Positions 13,824 to 25,892 are shown, numbered from the whole stretch's first letter. The stretch is DNA of 63,960 bases, filler included, from Lama guanicoe (GCA_013239625.1; 173 parts of 173 records of this genome joined end to end with filler, not necessarily neighbours in it); one strand, 5' to 3'. Made by a program: numbers and translations. Notes: generated by a model not told the origin, from the sequence alone.

Positions 13824-14792
13824 TTCAGAAATGTTGAAACTACAGGCAAGTGTCTGTGTGTATCCTTTATGTAATTTGTTCAAAACAGATGAAATCATAC
13901 TACACACTGGTCTGTATATCAATTTTGTTATTTTATTTAAATCTAGATTAAANNNNNNNNNNNNNNNNNNNNNNNNNNNNNNNNNNNNNNNNNNNNTTAA
14001 TTAATTAANNNNNNNNNNNNNNNNNNNNNNNNNNNNNNNNNNNNNNNNNNNNTGTTCATTTTTTACTAATACATTCTCTTGAATGTTTACCACGTGCCAG
14101 GTATGGTACTAGGCCTGGCGGTCAACACAGCAGGTGAAGCACCTCACTTTTTTTTTTTTTAAATGGCTACTGTTTTATTTATCTGTTGGATTTAGGGCTG
14201 TGGGCAAGACTTATGCCCTGGGGACATCAGACACTGACCTAGCTAGTAAGAAGTGGCCTCCTCCCCCCCCCCTCGTTATTCCTTGGGTGTATAGTTTAAG
14301 GAAAAGGGATAATTAGCAGAATNNNNNNNNNNNNNNNNNNNNNNNNNNNNNNNNNNNNNNNNNNNNTTAATTAATTAANNNNNNNNNNNNNNNNNNNNNN
14401 NNNNNNNNNNNNNNNNNNNNNNACCTACCAGCTGATCGCAGCCGAGTAGAAACAGGCCAGACAGTGAGACGCGAGGCGCACAGTTCAGCACCCAGAATGC
14501 ACTGCACACGCTACACGACAAGGGAAGATGGGAGGCGAACAGTAACGAACATGCGCACTGTCTCTCTCCTGTGCCGAATGGGCTGGATTCCCCACCTCCC
14601 ATGGGACCCCACCAGGATTCCCGGATCTCTGCTCTATGGACACTTCCTGGTGCCTCCAGGGCTCAGATATGCAATTAACGCCCCCAAGAGTCNNNNNNNN
14701 NNNNNNNNNNNNNNNNNNNNNNNNNNNNNNNNNNNNTTAATTAATTAANNNNNNNNNNNNNNNNNNNNNNNNNNNNNNNNNNNNNNNNNNNN

Positions 14793-15062
14793 TCTGTCAC
14801 TTGTAATATCCAATCAATCATTATGTCTTATTGATTAGATTCCTAAATATTCTTAGATTTGTCTCTTTTTTTATACCCACCATGATGATTTTAATCCAGA
14901 CACTCACAATTTCTTTCCTGGACTTTTACAACAGTCTCTTTACTATTCTATTTACCTTCAGGGTTAACATTGTAATTCATCCTCCACACTGCTTCAAGAG
15001 TAGTCTTCTAAAGCACAACTTTGATTTTGTCACCATCTGGCTTTAAATTCTTGAATGGATCA
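14793..15062 (+). mobile_element. Old L2 fragment
   Basis: ATCCAATCAATCATTATGTC..CCTAAATAT..TTTCCTGGACTTTTACAACAGTCTC..ATCCTCCACACTGC..CTTCTAAAGCACAAC resembles the L2 3' region. Confidence 0.65.
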
Positions 15063-15162
15063 NNNNNNNNNNNNNNNNNNNNNNNNNNNNNNNNNNNNNN
15101 NNNNNNTTAATTAATTAANNNNNNNNNNNNNNNNNNNNNNNNNNNNNNNNNNNNNNNNNNNN

Positions 15163-15432
15163 AAAACAAATATATGTATGTTCCCATATGACTGTAGTAT
15201 TTTGCTGTACACCAGAACCTGACATAACATTATAAAATAACTATACTTCAATAAAAATTTTAAAAAAGAAGAATGTGAAAAGAAAAAAAGACATATGGAG
15301 ACTAGACAATATCCTATCAAAAAAATCAGTGATAAAATCAAAAAGGAAATCAGCAAATAACTTGAGACAAATAAAAATGGAAATATGTTTCCAAAATATA
15401 TGGGATGCAGCAAAAGAAATTCTAAGAGGGAG
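15163..15432 (+). mobile_element. Young L1 3' tail (15163-~15270) followed by an L1 ORF2 linker-region fragment
   Basis: GCTGTACACCAGAACCTGACATAACATTATAAAATAACTATACTTCAATAAAAA, then CAAAATATATGGGATGCAGCAAAAG (QNIWDAAK, L1 ORF2). Confidence 0.8.
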
Positions 15433-16272
15433 NNNNNNNNNNNNNNNNNNNNNNNNNNNNNNNNNNNNNNNNNNNNTTAATTAATTAANNNNNNNNNNNN
15501 NNNNNNNNNNNNNNNNNNNNNNNNNNNNNNNNCCTCCAGGAGATACTGTCTAAGGGCCCGAGAGCGGGAGTCCTTGTTTTGTCCCTGGTCTCGAGGGGAA
15601 AGCCTTCTCCGCCACTGAGTGTGCTGTGAGCTTGGGTTTTACATTCCTACCCCGTGTAGCTCTATTCTAGGTCCCCGAGAGTTCTGCTGTAGCTGGATCT
15701 TTAATTTTGTCAGATGCATTTTCTTTCTGTGTCCTTGACAATAATCAAAGAGGTTTCCCTCTTCAGTCTGTCATCATGGTAAATTATGTGGATGGATTTG
15801 TANNNNNNNNNNNNNNNNNNNNNNNNNNNNNNNNNNNNNNNNNNNNTTAATTAATTAANNNNNNNNNNNNNNNNNNNNNNNNNNNNNNNNNNNNNNNNNN
15901 NNCTCAAAGAGAACTCAGCACCTGTGCCCCTACGTCCTACCCTTGGGCAGGCGGCTGGTCTCTAGCATCTGGCTTGCTGTTTCAGGTGAGACTCCAAGCT
16001 CTTGGCAATGCAGGTCAAAGTCCCAGGAGAATTCTCTTCTATGTTCGGGTTCAGGACTGACATTAAATGAACCTATGAATTTCTATCGCTGCAGAAGCAT
16101 GGAAGCTGAGGGAGGAGAGGGTTGGGAGAGAGGGATTTAGATATTATCTCCTTTTCAACCCTCAGCAGCTCANNNNNNNNNNNNNNNNNNNNNNNNNNNN
16201 NNNNNNNNNNNNNNNNTTAATTAATTAANNNNNNNNNNNNNNNNNNNNNNNNNNNNNNNNNNNNNNNNNNNN

Positions 16273-16542
16273 TCCAACATCCTTTATTGTTGGCAGCACA
16301 GCCCTAACGGGAATCCCGTTTCTTATGGGCTTTTCGTCCAAAGACCTTCCTACTGAAGCCGCTAATGTGTCGCACACCAACGCCTGGGCCCAACTTATGA
16401 CTCTTACAGCCACATCTCTTACAGCTGTCTGTAGTGCCCACGTTGTCTTCTGCACGCTCCTAGGACAACCTCGCTTTTCCACATTCATTTTTGTTAATGA
16501 AAACAACCCCCTCCTAATTAACTCCATTAAATATTTATTAAT
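16273..16542 (+). pseudogene. ND5: NUMT: nuclear copy of part of mitochondrial NADH dehydrogenase subunit 5
   Basis: Frame from 16274 reads PTSFIVGSTALTGIPFLMGFSSKDLPTEAANVSHTNAWAQLMTLTATSLTAVCSAHVVFCTLLGQPRFSTFIFVNENNPLLINSIKYLL. This aligns to mammalian ND5 (GSLALTGMPFLTGFYSKDLIIE..TNAWALLMTLIATSLTA..LLGQPRF..NENNP.LINSIKRL) with many non-conservative changes. Confidence 0.93.
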
Positions 16543-16642
16543 NNNNNNNNNNNNNNNNNNNNNNNNNNNNNNNNNNNNNNNNNNNNTTAATTAATTAANN
16601 NNNNNNNNNNNNNNNNNNNNNNNNNNNNNNNNNNNNNNNNNN

Positions 16643-16912
16643 CTTGCAAATGATGCGACCAAAAAGGGACTAATTTCCAAAATATAGAAACAGCTCACAC
16701 CTCTTAATATCAAAAAAAAGCAACTCAATCTAAAAACGGGGACAAGACCTAAACAAGCAATTCACCAATGAACACATACAAATGACCAATAGGTACATGA
16801 ATTGGCTCAACATCACTAATGGTCAGAGAAATGTAGATCAAAACTACAACGAGATATCACCTCACACCAGCCAGAATGGCCATCTTTATAATGTCTACAA
16901 ATGATAGATGCT
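16643..16912 (+). mobile_element. L1 ORF2 fragment
   Basis: TTGCAAATGATGCGACC..GGGACTAATTTCCAAAATATA..CTCAACATCACTAAT..AGAGAAATG..ATCAAAACTACAACGAGATATCACCTCACACCAG. Confidence 0.9.
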
Positions 16913-17012
16913 NNNNNNNNNNNNNNNNNNNNNNNNNNNNNNNNNNNNNNNNNNNNTTAATTAATTAANNNNNNNNNNNNNNNNNNNNNNNNNNNNNNNN
17001 NNNNNNNNNNNN

Positions 17013-17282
17013 TTTTTTTGAACTAGTGGGGCTAACATGCAGGAGAGCTGGAGGACTGGAGAAGACTAAGAACCCGCTCTGCAGGGATCACACACAGACT
17101 CACACACCCCCAGTCCCTGGGCAGAGACAGAAGCTTGACAAGTACCTGTATCGTACAAGGGTTCATGAGCTAAATTTAGGGCATGTGTCAGAGGGCTAGG
17201 GATCTGGTGGAACTTTCTCCAGGGACAGAACTGCTGGCAGGAACCGTGTTTTTCACTCTGCTGTTACCAGCTGGCCCTCGGC
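17013..17282 (+). mobile_element. Probable L1 5' UTR fragment
   Basis: CACACAGACTCACACACCCCCAGTCCCTGGGCAGAG..CCAGGGACAGAACTGCTGGCAGGAACCGTGTTTTTCACTCT resembles laurasiatherian L1 5' UTRs (from recall). Confidence 0.45.
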
Positions 17283-17752
17283 NNNNNNNNNNNNNNNNNN
17301 NNNNNNNNNNNNNNNNNNNNNNNNNNTTAATTAATTAANNNNNNNNNNNNNNNNNNNNNNNNNNNNNNNNNNNNNNNNNNNNTCCCTCCTGGAGAGCCAA
17401 CTCTGGAGAAACAAAAGCAAGCAAGAAACCCAAAGGAGCAGAACCAGAGGACCCTAGGGAGAGGAAAAGTACTTCTGACATCTCCACCCACTTCCTCCAC
17501 CAGGAGGCTCCTCCCGGGCTTCAAGCCCAGGTTGCTGCCATCCTCCCACACACAGATCCCCCAGTCCCCCAGGGACACTGCTTTTGTCCCACCCCTCCCA
17601 CACTCATTAAGGCTCTAGGCTCCTCACTGCCTAGAGCATAAAGCTAAACAACNNNNNNNNNNNNNNNNNNNNNNNNNNNNNNNNNNNNNNNNNNNNTTAA
17701 TTAATTAANNNNNNNNNNNNNNNNNNNNNNNNNNNNNNNNNNNNNNNNNNNN

Positions 17753-17990
17753 CTCCTGGGCATTTCCTCCCCTGTGCCTGACCTGCCCTGGGCCTGCCCT
17801 CTCTTGGGCCTCCCCTCTCTTGAACCAGCCCTCTCCTGTGAGGGCCCTCTCCTGGGCCTGCCCTCACTTGGTCCTGCCGTCTCCTAGACCTAACTTCTCC
17901 TGGTCCTGCCCTCTCATATTCCTGGCCTCACCAAGGCCTGCCCTCACCTTGTCCTGCCCTCCAACTGGCCCTGCCTCTCCTGGGCCTGAT
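17753..17990. repeat. Degenerate pyrimidine-rich minisatellite, ~15-bp unit (CTCCTGGGCCTGCCC-like)
   Basis: Recurring GGCCTGCCCTC, GTCCTGCCCTC and CTCTCCTGGGCCTG variants across the contig. Confidence 0.65.
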
Positions 17991-18862
17991 AGGAGAGGGC
18001 ATGCTCAGGTGAGAGCAGAAACNNNNNNNNNNNNNNNNNNNNNNNNNNNNNNNNNNNNNNNNNNNNTTAATTAATTAANNNNNNNNNNNNNNNNNNNNNN
18101 NNNNNNNNNNNNNNNNNNNNNNTTGTTTATTTTATTTTGTTTATTTTAAACCTATGCTCTTTTTGGTCCTCAGGTATTTCACATGTTAATTACAGATTTA
18201 AAATTCAACACATCTATGAGAGTATAATTGTAAACTCATAAAGATTCTGTGACAGGGTTGGAGTAAACTGTTTTCGTCTTTGGTAGTCACTTTTAATCAG
18301 TGATTGTAAACGGCATGTTAACTATCTTCCACTGTGATTTTAGATGTCGGGTTCTCTTTTTAATTCTCTTTTCCTTTTAACCTTGGATATTTNNNNNNNN
18401 NNNNNNNNNNNNNNNNNNNNNNNNNNNNNNNNNNNNTTAATTAATTAANNNNNNNNNNNNNNNNNNNNNNNNNNNNNNNNNNNNNNNNNNNNGTGAGCGC
18501 AGTAGTGTATACAGAAGTAGAAATATAAGGATCTGCGCCCGAAACTTACTTAAACCGATGTTACTTTAATTTTTAAAAGTCTCAGAATCCACAGCTTTGA
18601 GTAAAAGTACCAGGTGAGAGACTCCTCCCGCGAGTCACAGATGCCAGACCAGGCGGGGAGGGGCTTCCTCAGGGGCATGAGGGGCGGGACATCAGTTCTG
18701 AGCCTGTGGTCCATCCCTGTCACCTCTCTCTCCCCCAGGCTGCTCCCAGGGGCACAGCTCCCNNNNNNNNNNNNNNNNNNNNNNNNNNNNNNNNNNNNNN
18801 NNNNNNTTAATTAATTAANNNNNNNNNNNNNNNNNNNNNNNNNNNNNNNNNNNNNNNNNNNN

Positions 18863-19132
18863 TTGTTCTTCTTTCTCTAGGTGCTTTAAGTATAAGTTTA
18901 GGTTGCTTATTTGAGATTTTTCTTGTTTCCTGAGTTAAGCTTGTGTCACTGTAAACCTTCCTCTTAGAATGGCTTTTGTTGTGTCCCATAGGCTTGAGAT
19001 AGTCATGCTTTCATTTTCATTTGTCTCTAGGGTTTTTTTTTTTTTTCCTTTTTGGATTCTTCAGTGATCAACGGTTGTTTAGTAGCATATTGTTTAGACT
19101 CCATGTGTTTCTGTTTTTTGCAGTTTTTTTTT
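18863..19132 (-). mobile_element. L1 ORF2 fragment
   Basis: Antisense of ..ACCTATGGGACACAACAAAAGCCATTCTAAGAGGAAG..CAGGAAACAAGAAAAATCTCAAATAAGCAACCTAA. Confidence 0.88.
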
Positions 19133-19639
19133 NNNNNNNNNNNNNNNNNNNNNNNNNNNNNNNNNNNNNNNNNNNNTTAATTAATTAANNNNNNNNNNNN
19201 NNNNNNNNNNNNNNNNNNNNNNNNNNNNNNNNCCAGCACAGGGACATCCCAAAGGAAAAGATTCAGAAAGCCACTCTATAGGCCAGTCATTCAGAAGAGG
19301 GAGGGACAATTTCTCATGGCCTCAATTCAACGTGACCTCCTCTCTGAGACGTGGAAACTGACTGTCATCTGCTCTTCTTCTTAAAAGATGCCAGGCTTCC
19401 ATGTCTATCTTCTCAAATTTTGTCAGAGAATTCTGTCTTCCACCATTGAACACTTAAAATGTATCATTGCATCCAGAATTTGAGTCACACAGCATACCTG
19501 CCNNNNNNNNNNNNNNNNNNNNNNNNNNNNNNNNNNNNNNNNNNNNTTAATTAATTAANNNNNNNNNNNNNNNNNNNNNNNNNNNNNNNNNNNNNNNNNN
19601 NNACAAAATTTTGAGATCCTTTTTTGTTTGTATGTGTTT

Positions 19640-19872
19640 TAAATAGAGTTTGCTTTTTAGAACAGTTTTAGGTTCAAAGCAAAATGAAGCGGAAAGTACA
19701 GAGAGTTCCCATATACCCCCTACCACACACACATACACACACATTCACACCCACACGCACGCACGCGTGCACACATACACAGAGCCTTCCACACCAGAGT
19801 GGTACATTTGTTACAATCAGTGAACCTACACTGAAACATTATTATTACCACCCAAAGCCCATAGCTTACGTT
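19640..19872 (-). mobile_element. L1MC-type 3' end with an internal CA-rich microsatellite
   Basis: TTTTTAGAACAGTTTTAGGTTCAAAGCAAAATGAAGCGGAAAGTACAGAGAGTTCCCATATACCCCC..CACCAGAGTGGTACATTTGTTACAATCAGTGAACCTACACTGA. Confidence 0.8.
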
Positions 19873-21082
19873 NNNNNNNNNNNNNNNNNNNNNNNNNNNN
19901 NNNNNNNNNNNNNNNNTTAATTAATTAANNNNNNNNNNNNNNNNNNNNNNNNNNNNNNNNNNNNNNNNNNNNAGGACTCAACAGCAATGTTTTCATTGTA
20001 TTCAACTTGCTTATCTATGTCTGCTTCTGACTTAGGGATTTCTGTTCCCCTGTATTCACATTCATTCACGTGTCCCTCTGCATTATCTAGTCAACTTAGG
20101 ACTGAATTTAACCCTGATATTATCCCATCCATTGAGATTTCTGATATAATTTGGCTCGTCTTTAGACTTTATCTTCCACATTTCTGGTATTCTGATTTTG
20201 TGATTCTGAGACACGGTTGTGCTTCAGTGTTTCCCTCATCTCNNNNNNNNNNNNNNNNNNNNNNNNNNNNNNNNNNNNNNNNNNNNTTAATTAATTAANN
20301 NNNNNNNNNNNNNNNNNNNNNNNNNNNNNNNNNNNNNNNNNNATGTAGGCAGTTATATTGGAATTACCAAGGTTCTTATATAAAATGTCTTGTAACAATG
20401 GCTTATTTTAAGCTGGTAACATCTGAACATCACTTGCATAAAATAATGATAAAGTTTACCTTTTCACCCCTCATATTATATGATATTGCATATAAATTTT
20501 AAACATCTATGTTATATATAATACATTTATATCTATTTTCATGATGTTTCCATTAATCTACACATGAGTGATCTTATATACCAGTTGTCTTTTATTTCCA
20601 AATTATCTCATTNNNNNNNNNNNNNNNNNNNNNNNNNNNNNNNNNNNNNNNNNNNNTTAATTAATTAANNNNNNNNNNNNNNNNNNNNNNNNNNNNNNNN
20701 NNNNNNNNNNNNGGCAAAATTAACCCACAAAAAGAAAATTAACCTCTGAATGCTAATTAAGGTTCCTATCATAAACCCCCCTTCAGACACCAGCGGCTAT
20801 AGAGACTTGCCCTGTGTTAGTGAGATCTGGCCCAGGAGGCTTCCATTCCAGTGTATCTGCATGGGATATTGATTTTAAAGGCCAAGGAAGACCCTAGGAA
20901 ATTTGACTGCAGCCAAATCTTCTAAACTACAGGATATAGACAACTGACTTCTAAGTTTGGGCTTTTCTAGTTGCTGTAAAGCNNNNNNNNNNNNNNNNNN
21001 NNNNNNNNNNNNNNNNNNNNNNNNNNTTAATTAATTAANNNNNNNNNNNNNNNNNNNNNNNNNNNNNNNNNNNNNNNNNNNN

Positions 21083-21305
21083 TTTTTTATTATAGATTAC
21101 TACAAGATATTGACTGTAGTTCCCTGTGCTATACATTAGAAATTTACTGTTTCTCTATTTTACAGATAGTAGTCAATATCTGCAAATTTTAGACTCCCAA
21201 TTTATGCCTTCCTACCTCCTTTTCCCCGCTGGTAACCTTAAGTTTGTTTTCTACGTCTGTGAATCTACTTCTGTTTTGTAAATATGTTCATTTGTGTCAT
21301 TTTTT
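21083..21305 (-). mobile_element. L1 3' UTR (artiodactyl-type)
   Basis: TACAAGATATTGACTGTAGTTCCCTGTGCTATAC..GGTAACCTTAAGTTTGTTTTCTACGTCTGTGAATCT. Confidence 0.85.
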
Positions 21306-22562
21306 TTTAACATGGGTTACAGATCATTTCATTTTACATAGTTTCCAAATCANNNNNNNNNNNNNNNNNNNNNNNNNNNNNNNNNNNNNNNNNNNNTTAA
21401 TTAATTAANNNNNNNNNNNNNNNNNNNNNNNNNNNNNNNNNNNNNNNNNNNNCTTATCTACTATGATTATCTTAAGCCTTCTTTCTCTGTCCTGAATTCA
21501 TCTTCATTTGTTTCTGTTCTTCTTTTGCTGCCTCTAATTTATTCATTAGTTCGAAAATGGTGTGCTTCTAGTTTGGTTCTTAATTGGTTTCCTTAGGTTT
21601 ACCCTATCCCTTTATGCTTACTTCTGTAGCTTTATTGGCTAGACTTGGAGAGGTTTAATTTTTTTGCTTTTCGCTTCCAAATAATCTTCCTCTCATTAAT
21701 CTCTTCTCCTGGACAGAGCACTNNNNNNNNNNNNNNNNNNNNNNNNNNNNNNNNNNNNNNNNNNNNTTAATTAATTAANNNNNNNNNNNNNNNNNNNNNN
21801 NNNNNNNNNNNNNNNNNNNNNNTTATAAGTTTCAACTATAATGAACATACTAATAGGTTCATGTTTTAAATTCAATCTGACAAATTTTTTCCCCTAGGTT
21901 TGGAACAGTTAGCCTACTCCATTTAATAAAGTTAACGATACAATTTTCTTTGAAAATGACTTATCATATGTTTTCTAATTGTTTTCTTTTACTATGATGT
22001 TTTATAGTCTCCTTTTTGCCTTTCTTTTAGATTATATTTTATTATTTTGTGGCTGTGTTAGTTTGGTAATTTTTACTTTTCAAAACTAGTCTNNNNNNNN
22101 NNNNNNNNNNNNNNNNNNNNNNNNNNNNNNNNNNNNTTAATTAATTAANNNNNNNNNNNNNNNNNNNNNNNNNNNNNNNNNNNNNNNNNNNNATATCAAA
22201 TATCAAATGATCTAATATAATTTCAATTTAATTCCAGAAGAGTTGAGAGACAATGAGGCATAAAAATTTTATTTGAAGAAATAATGCCTGAATATGACCC
22301 TGAAGCAAGAATTATTACTGTTGAAATTGACCATGATCATCTGACTACAATGGGGTTTATCAGGTTTTTCTTTCTTCGTTTTTATCCTGTCCTCTTTGGA
22401 AGGACATCCCTAAGCACAGCTCACACTAGAGAAGTAGGGAGTCATACTCCCCCTCCTTGAGGNNNNNNNNNNNNNNNNNNNNNNNNNNNNNNNNNNNNNN
22501 NNNNNNTTAATTAATTAANNNNNNNNNNNNNNNNNNNNNNNNNNNNNNNNNNNNNNNNNNNN

Positions 22563-22829
22563 CAAGACCCTCCACCAGCAGAAAGATTACAGCTCACTGT
22601 CAGCTCAGTGGGTGATTAGCATTTTTTAACAATAAAGTATTTTTTGTTTAAGGTATGTATATTTTTTAGACATAATGCTATTGTGCACTTAACAGGCTAG
22701 AGTATATTATAACTATACCTTTATATGTACTAGGAAACCCCAAAACTCCTGTGACTTGCTTTGTTGTGACATTGGCTTCATAATGGTAGTCTGGAATTGA
22801 GCCTGCAGTGTTTCCAAGGTATGCCTGTA
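22563..22829 (+). mobile_element. Tigger1 3' end with terminal inverted repeat and TA target
   Basis: CAAGACCCTCCACCAGCAGAAAGATTAC..TTAGCATTTTTTAACAATAAAGTATTTT..AGACATAATGCTATTG..AAGGTATGCCTG followed by TA (22828-22829). Confidence 0.88.
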
Positions 22830-23672
22830 CTTNNNNNNNNNNNNNNNNNNNNNNNNNNNNNNNNNNNNNNNNNNNNTTAATTAATTAANNNNNNNNNNNN
22901 NNNNNNNNNNNNNNNNNNNNNNNNNNNNNNNNTTTTTTTTTGGTTTCATTTGCCTGTTTGTATTTAATCAAGGTTTGCTGTAAACAGTGAAGCCAAGCCT
23001 CTCCTGACCACGCTTACCATTAGGGGGTGGAAATGCCAAACTCCTACTTAGAATTACAACTCTACTTTGATGGAAAACCTTTCCAACCCACTCCGTTTTA
23101 CATTTTTCCCCTTGGTTTTCTAAAACAGGACTGGAAAGTGCTAATGGAGTGTTTTGGAACTCAGAGTCCTTTGTGGCTTTCTAAGTCTCTTTAAAAAAAC
23201 AANNNNNNNNNNNNNNNNNNNNNNNNNNNNNNNNNNNNNNNNNNNNTTAATTAATTAANNNNNNNNNNNNNNNNNNNNNNNNNNNNNNNNNNNNNNNNNN
23301 NNCGTACCATTCCCTCATTTTACAGCTTCAGTTTTCTGGAGTTTGTTCTTCCCCTTTTTAAGACACCATTTTTCCTGCAACCCTGTTTCTCTGAGGTCCC
23401 TCAACTTCTTTCAAGAGTTGCCAGAAGAAAACTCAAAAAACTACTACTGTTCCTCTTTTATGCAGAAAAATAAAAAGCTTTCAGACCATGCCAAGTTTGT
23501 CTTTCACAACCAAAAATGTTTGTTAAGGTATTTCCTAAGAAAATAAATAAGAAAAATAAAAGTAAAAAAAAANNNNNNNNNNNNNNNNNNNNNNNNNNNN
23601 NNNNNNNNNNNNNNNNTTAATTAATTAANNNNNNNNNNNNNNNNNNNNNNNNNNNNNNNNNNNNNNNNNNNN

Positions 23673-23942
23673 AGGGTTCTCGTCCGCTTGTCTTGGGGCG
23701 GCTTCGGTACCGCACTTTCTGGAAGAAGGCAGGCCGCCTCGCTGCGCTGGCGTTTTCACCCTGAGACTCAGCCAGCTCCCCGGGGTGGGGTCGCGGTGGA
23801 GACAGAGCCGGGCGAGGTGAGTGCGGCGGTCCTACGGGCGCCCGTGACCAGCCGGGTGGGCGGCCTCCGCGCGCGGGGTGGTCCCGCCGAGGCCGGGAGC
23901 TCAGGGCCGCTTGGCACGAAAGAGCGGGCTGTCTGGTACCGG
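23673..23942 (+). promoter_or_regulatory. CpG-island fragment with a probable first-exon/intron boundary
   Basis: CpG-dense. Consensus 5' splice donor GAG|GTGAGT at 23817-23822 followed by G-rich intron-like sequence. Confidence 0.65.
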
Positions 23943-25152
23943 NNNNNNNNNNNNNNNNNNNNNNNNNNNNNNNNNNNNNNNNNNNNTTAATTAATTAANN
24001 NNNNNNNNNNNNNNNNNNNNNNNNNNNNNNNNNNNNNNNNNNTTGCACTATAACCACCTTCCACCTGACTTTCCACTGGATCTCTGAGTCTCAGAGTGGG
24101 GAGGAATGTGTCACCTTGTGGTTATGTGGCTAAATCGTTTATTCTCATAAAACATTGAGCGCAGTCAATGTTTGACAGACAGCCCGCCATTGCACCTCAC
24201 CATCATCATCTCCATGAGAGAGCTGAATTGGCTTTTTGTGCCAAGATGGATAAAGGGCTTTTTAAGTGGCTGGGGTGGGAAGAGGGGGACCAAGTCAGGA
24301 AGCTGCCTCTCTNNNNNNNNNNNNNNNNNNNNNNNNNNNNNNNNNNNNNNNNNNNNTTAATTAATTAANNNNNNNNNNNNNNNNNNNNNNNNNNNNNNNN
24401 NNNNNNNNNNNNCAATCCCATGTGATCCCTGAAAGCTTTGCAATTGGGCTGTGTATACAGCTGGCGCTAGAGCTGGGAAGAGGGCTTCCAGGCAAAGGAC
24501 TTTGGAAACTCAACGCTGCCGGTTAACTCACAAAGCATCCCAGACCCCCTCCGAGGACTCGAAGACGGCCCTGGGTGCTCTGTGCCCGGAGCATGCATGT
24601 GTGCGCACGGGTGCAGTCAGGGCTTTGCAGACTGCTGGACCCTGCTTAGGACGCCCGTCTCAGTGGCTGGACCCCGGGGCACNNNNNNNNNNNNNNNNNN
24701 NNNNNNNNNNNNNNNNNNNNNNNNNNTTAATTAATTAANNNNNNNNNNNNNNNNNNNNNNNNNNNNNNNNNNNNNNNNNNNNCAAAACCCAAATTTTATC
24801 TGTTTCTTTCTTTCTGAAGGCAGCACTGACCGTTTCATCTCAACATTCAACTCCCCTTTACTTCCATTGAGAGTAGGGACTTTGAGCATAGGGACCTGAG
24901 TTCAGTGTAAGCAAAGCCTTCAACCAGTATTCTTTCAATGAATGTAGCATGAACGGGTAGATAACTCTTTTACATTTTATTTTACCTTTTTTTCTTCCAC
25001 AATTTTTATTTGTCAACTATACCTCAATAAAACTGAAAAATAAAATAAAATANNNNNNNNNNNNNNNNNNNNNNNNNNNNNNNNNNNNNNNNNNNNTTAA
25101 TTAATTAANNNNNNNNNNNNNNNNNNNNNNNNNNNNNNNNNNNNNNNNNNNN

Positions 25153-25792
25153 GAGAGGAGGGGAGATTGAAGGAGGGAAATTATCCTGATGAGGGCTGAT
25201 GTGGGGGTGAAGGTGCGGGAGGCCCCTTAGTGTATCACCATGGATTTCTGTAACGTCAACGATTTCCACGAAGACAGACATGTGATCAAGAAAACCTCCA
25301 CCCCTGTGGATTGTGATGCGTGTCTGCTCCGGGTTAACAGATCACCAAAGATGACAAAGTGTGTGATATCACCCTGATCTCAAGTTTAAGCCTTTATCCT
25401 CCCAGCAGACAGAGAGGGCTGCNNNNNNNNNNNNNNNNNNNNNNNNNNNNNNNNNNNNNNNNNNNNTTAATTAATTAANNNNNNNNNNNNNNNNNNNNNN
25501 NNNNNNNNNNNNNNNNNNNNNNGAGAGGAGGGGAGATTGAAGGAGGGAAATTATCCTGATGAGGGCTGATGAGGGGGTGAAGGTGCAGGAGGCCCCTTAG
25601 TGTATCACCATGGATTTCTGTAACATCAACGATTTCCACGAAGACAGACATGTGATCAACAAAACCTCCACCCCTGTGGTTTGTGATGCGTGTCTGCCCC
25701 GGGTTAACAGATCACCAAAGATGCCAAACTGTGTGATTCCACTCTGATCTCAAGTTTAAGCCTTTATCCTCCCAGCAGACAGAGAGGGCTGC
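25153..25792. repeat. Two near-identical 270-bp contigs (25153-25422 and 25523-25792): paralog/allele bubble
   Basis: 11 substitutions counted by eye and no indels. The first and last 49 bp are identical in both. Confidence 0.95.
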
Positions 25793-25892
25793 NNNNNNNN
25801 NNNNNNNNNNNNNNNNNNNNNNNNNNNNNNNNNNNNTTAATTAATTAANNNNNNNNNNNNNNNNNNNNNNNNNNNNNNNNNNNNNNNNNNNN

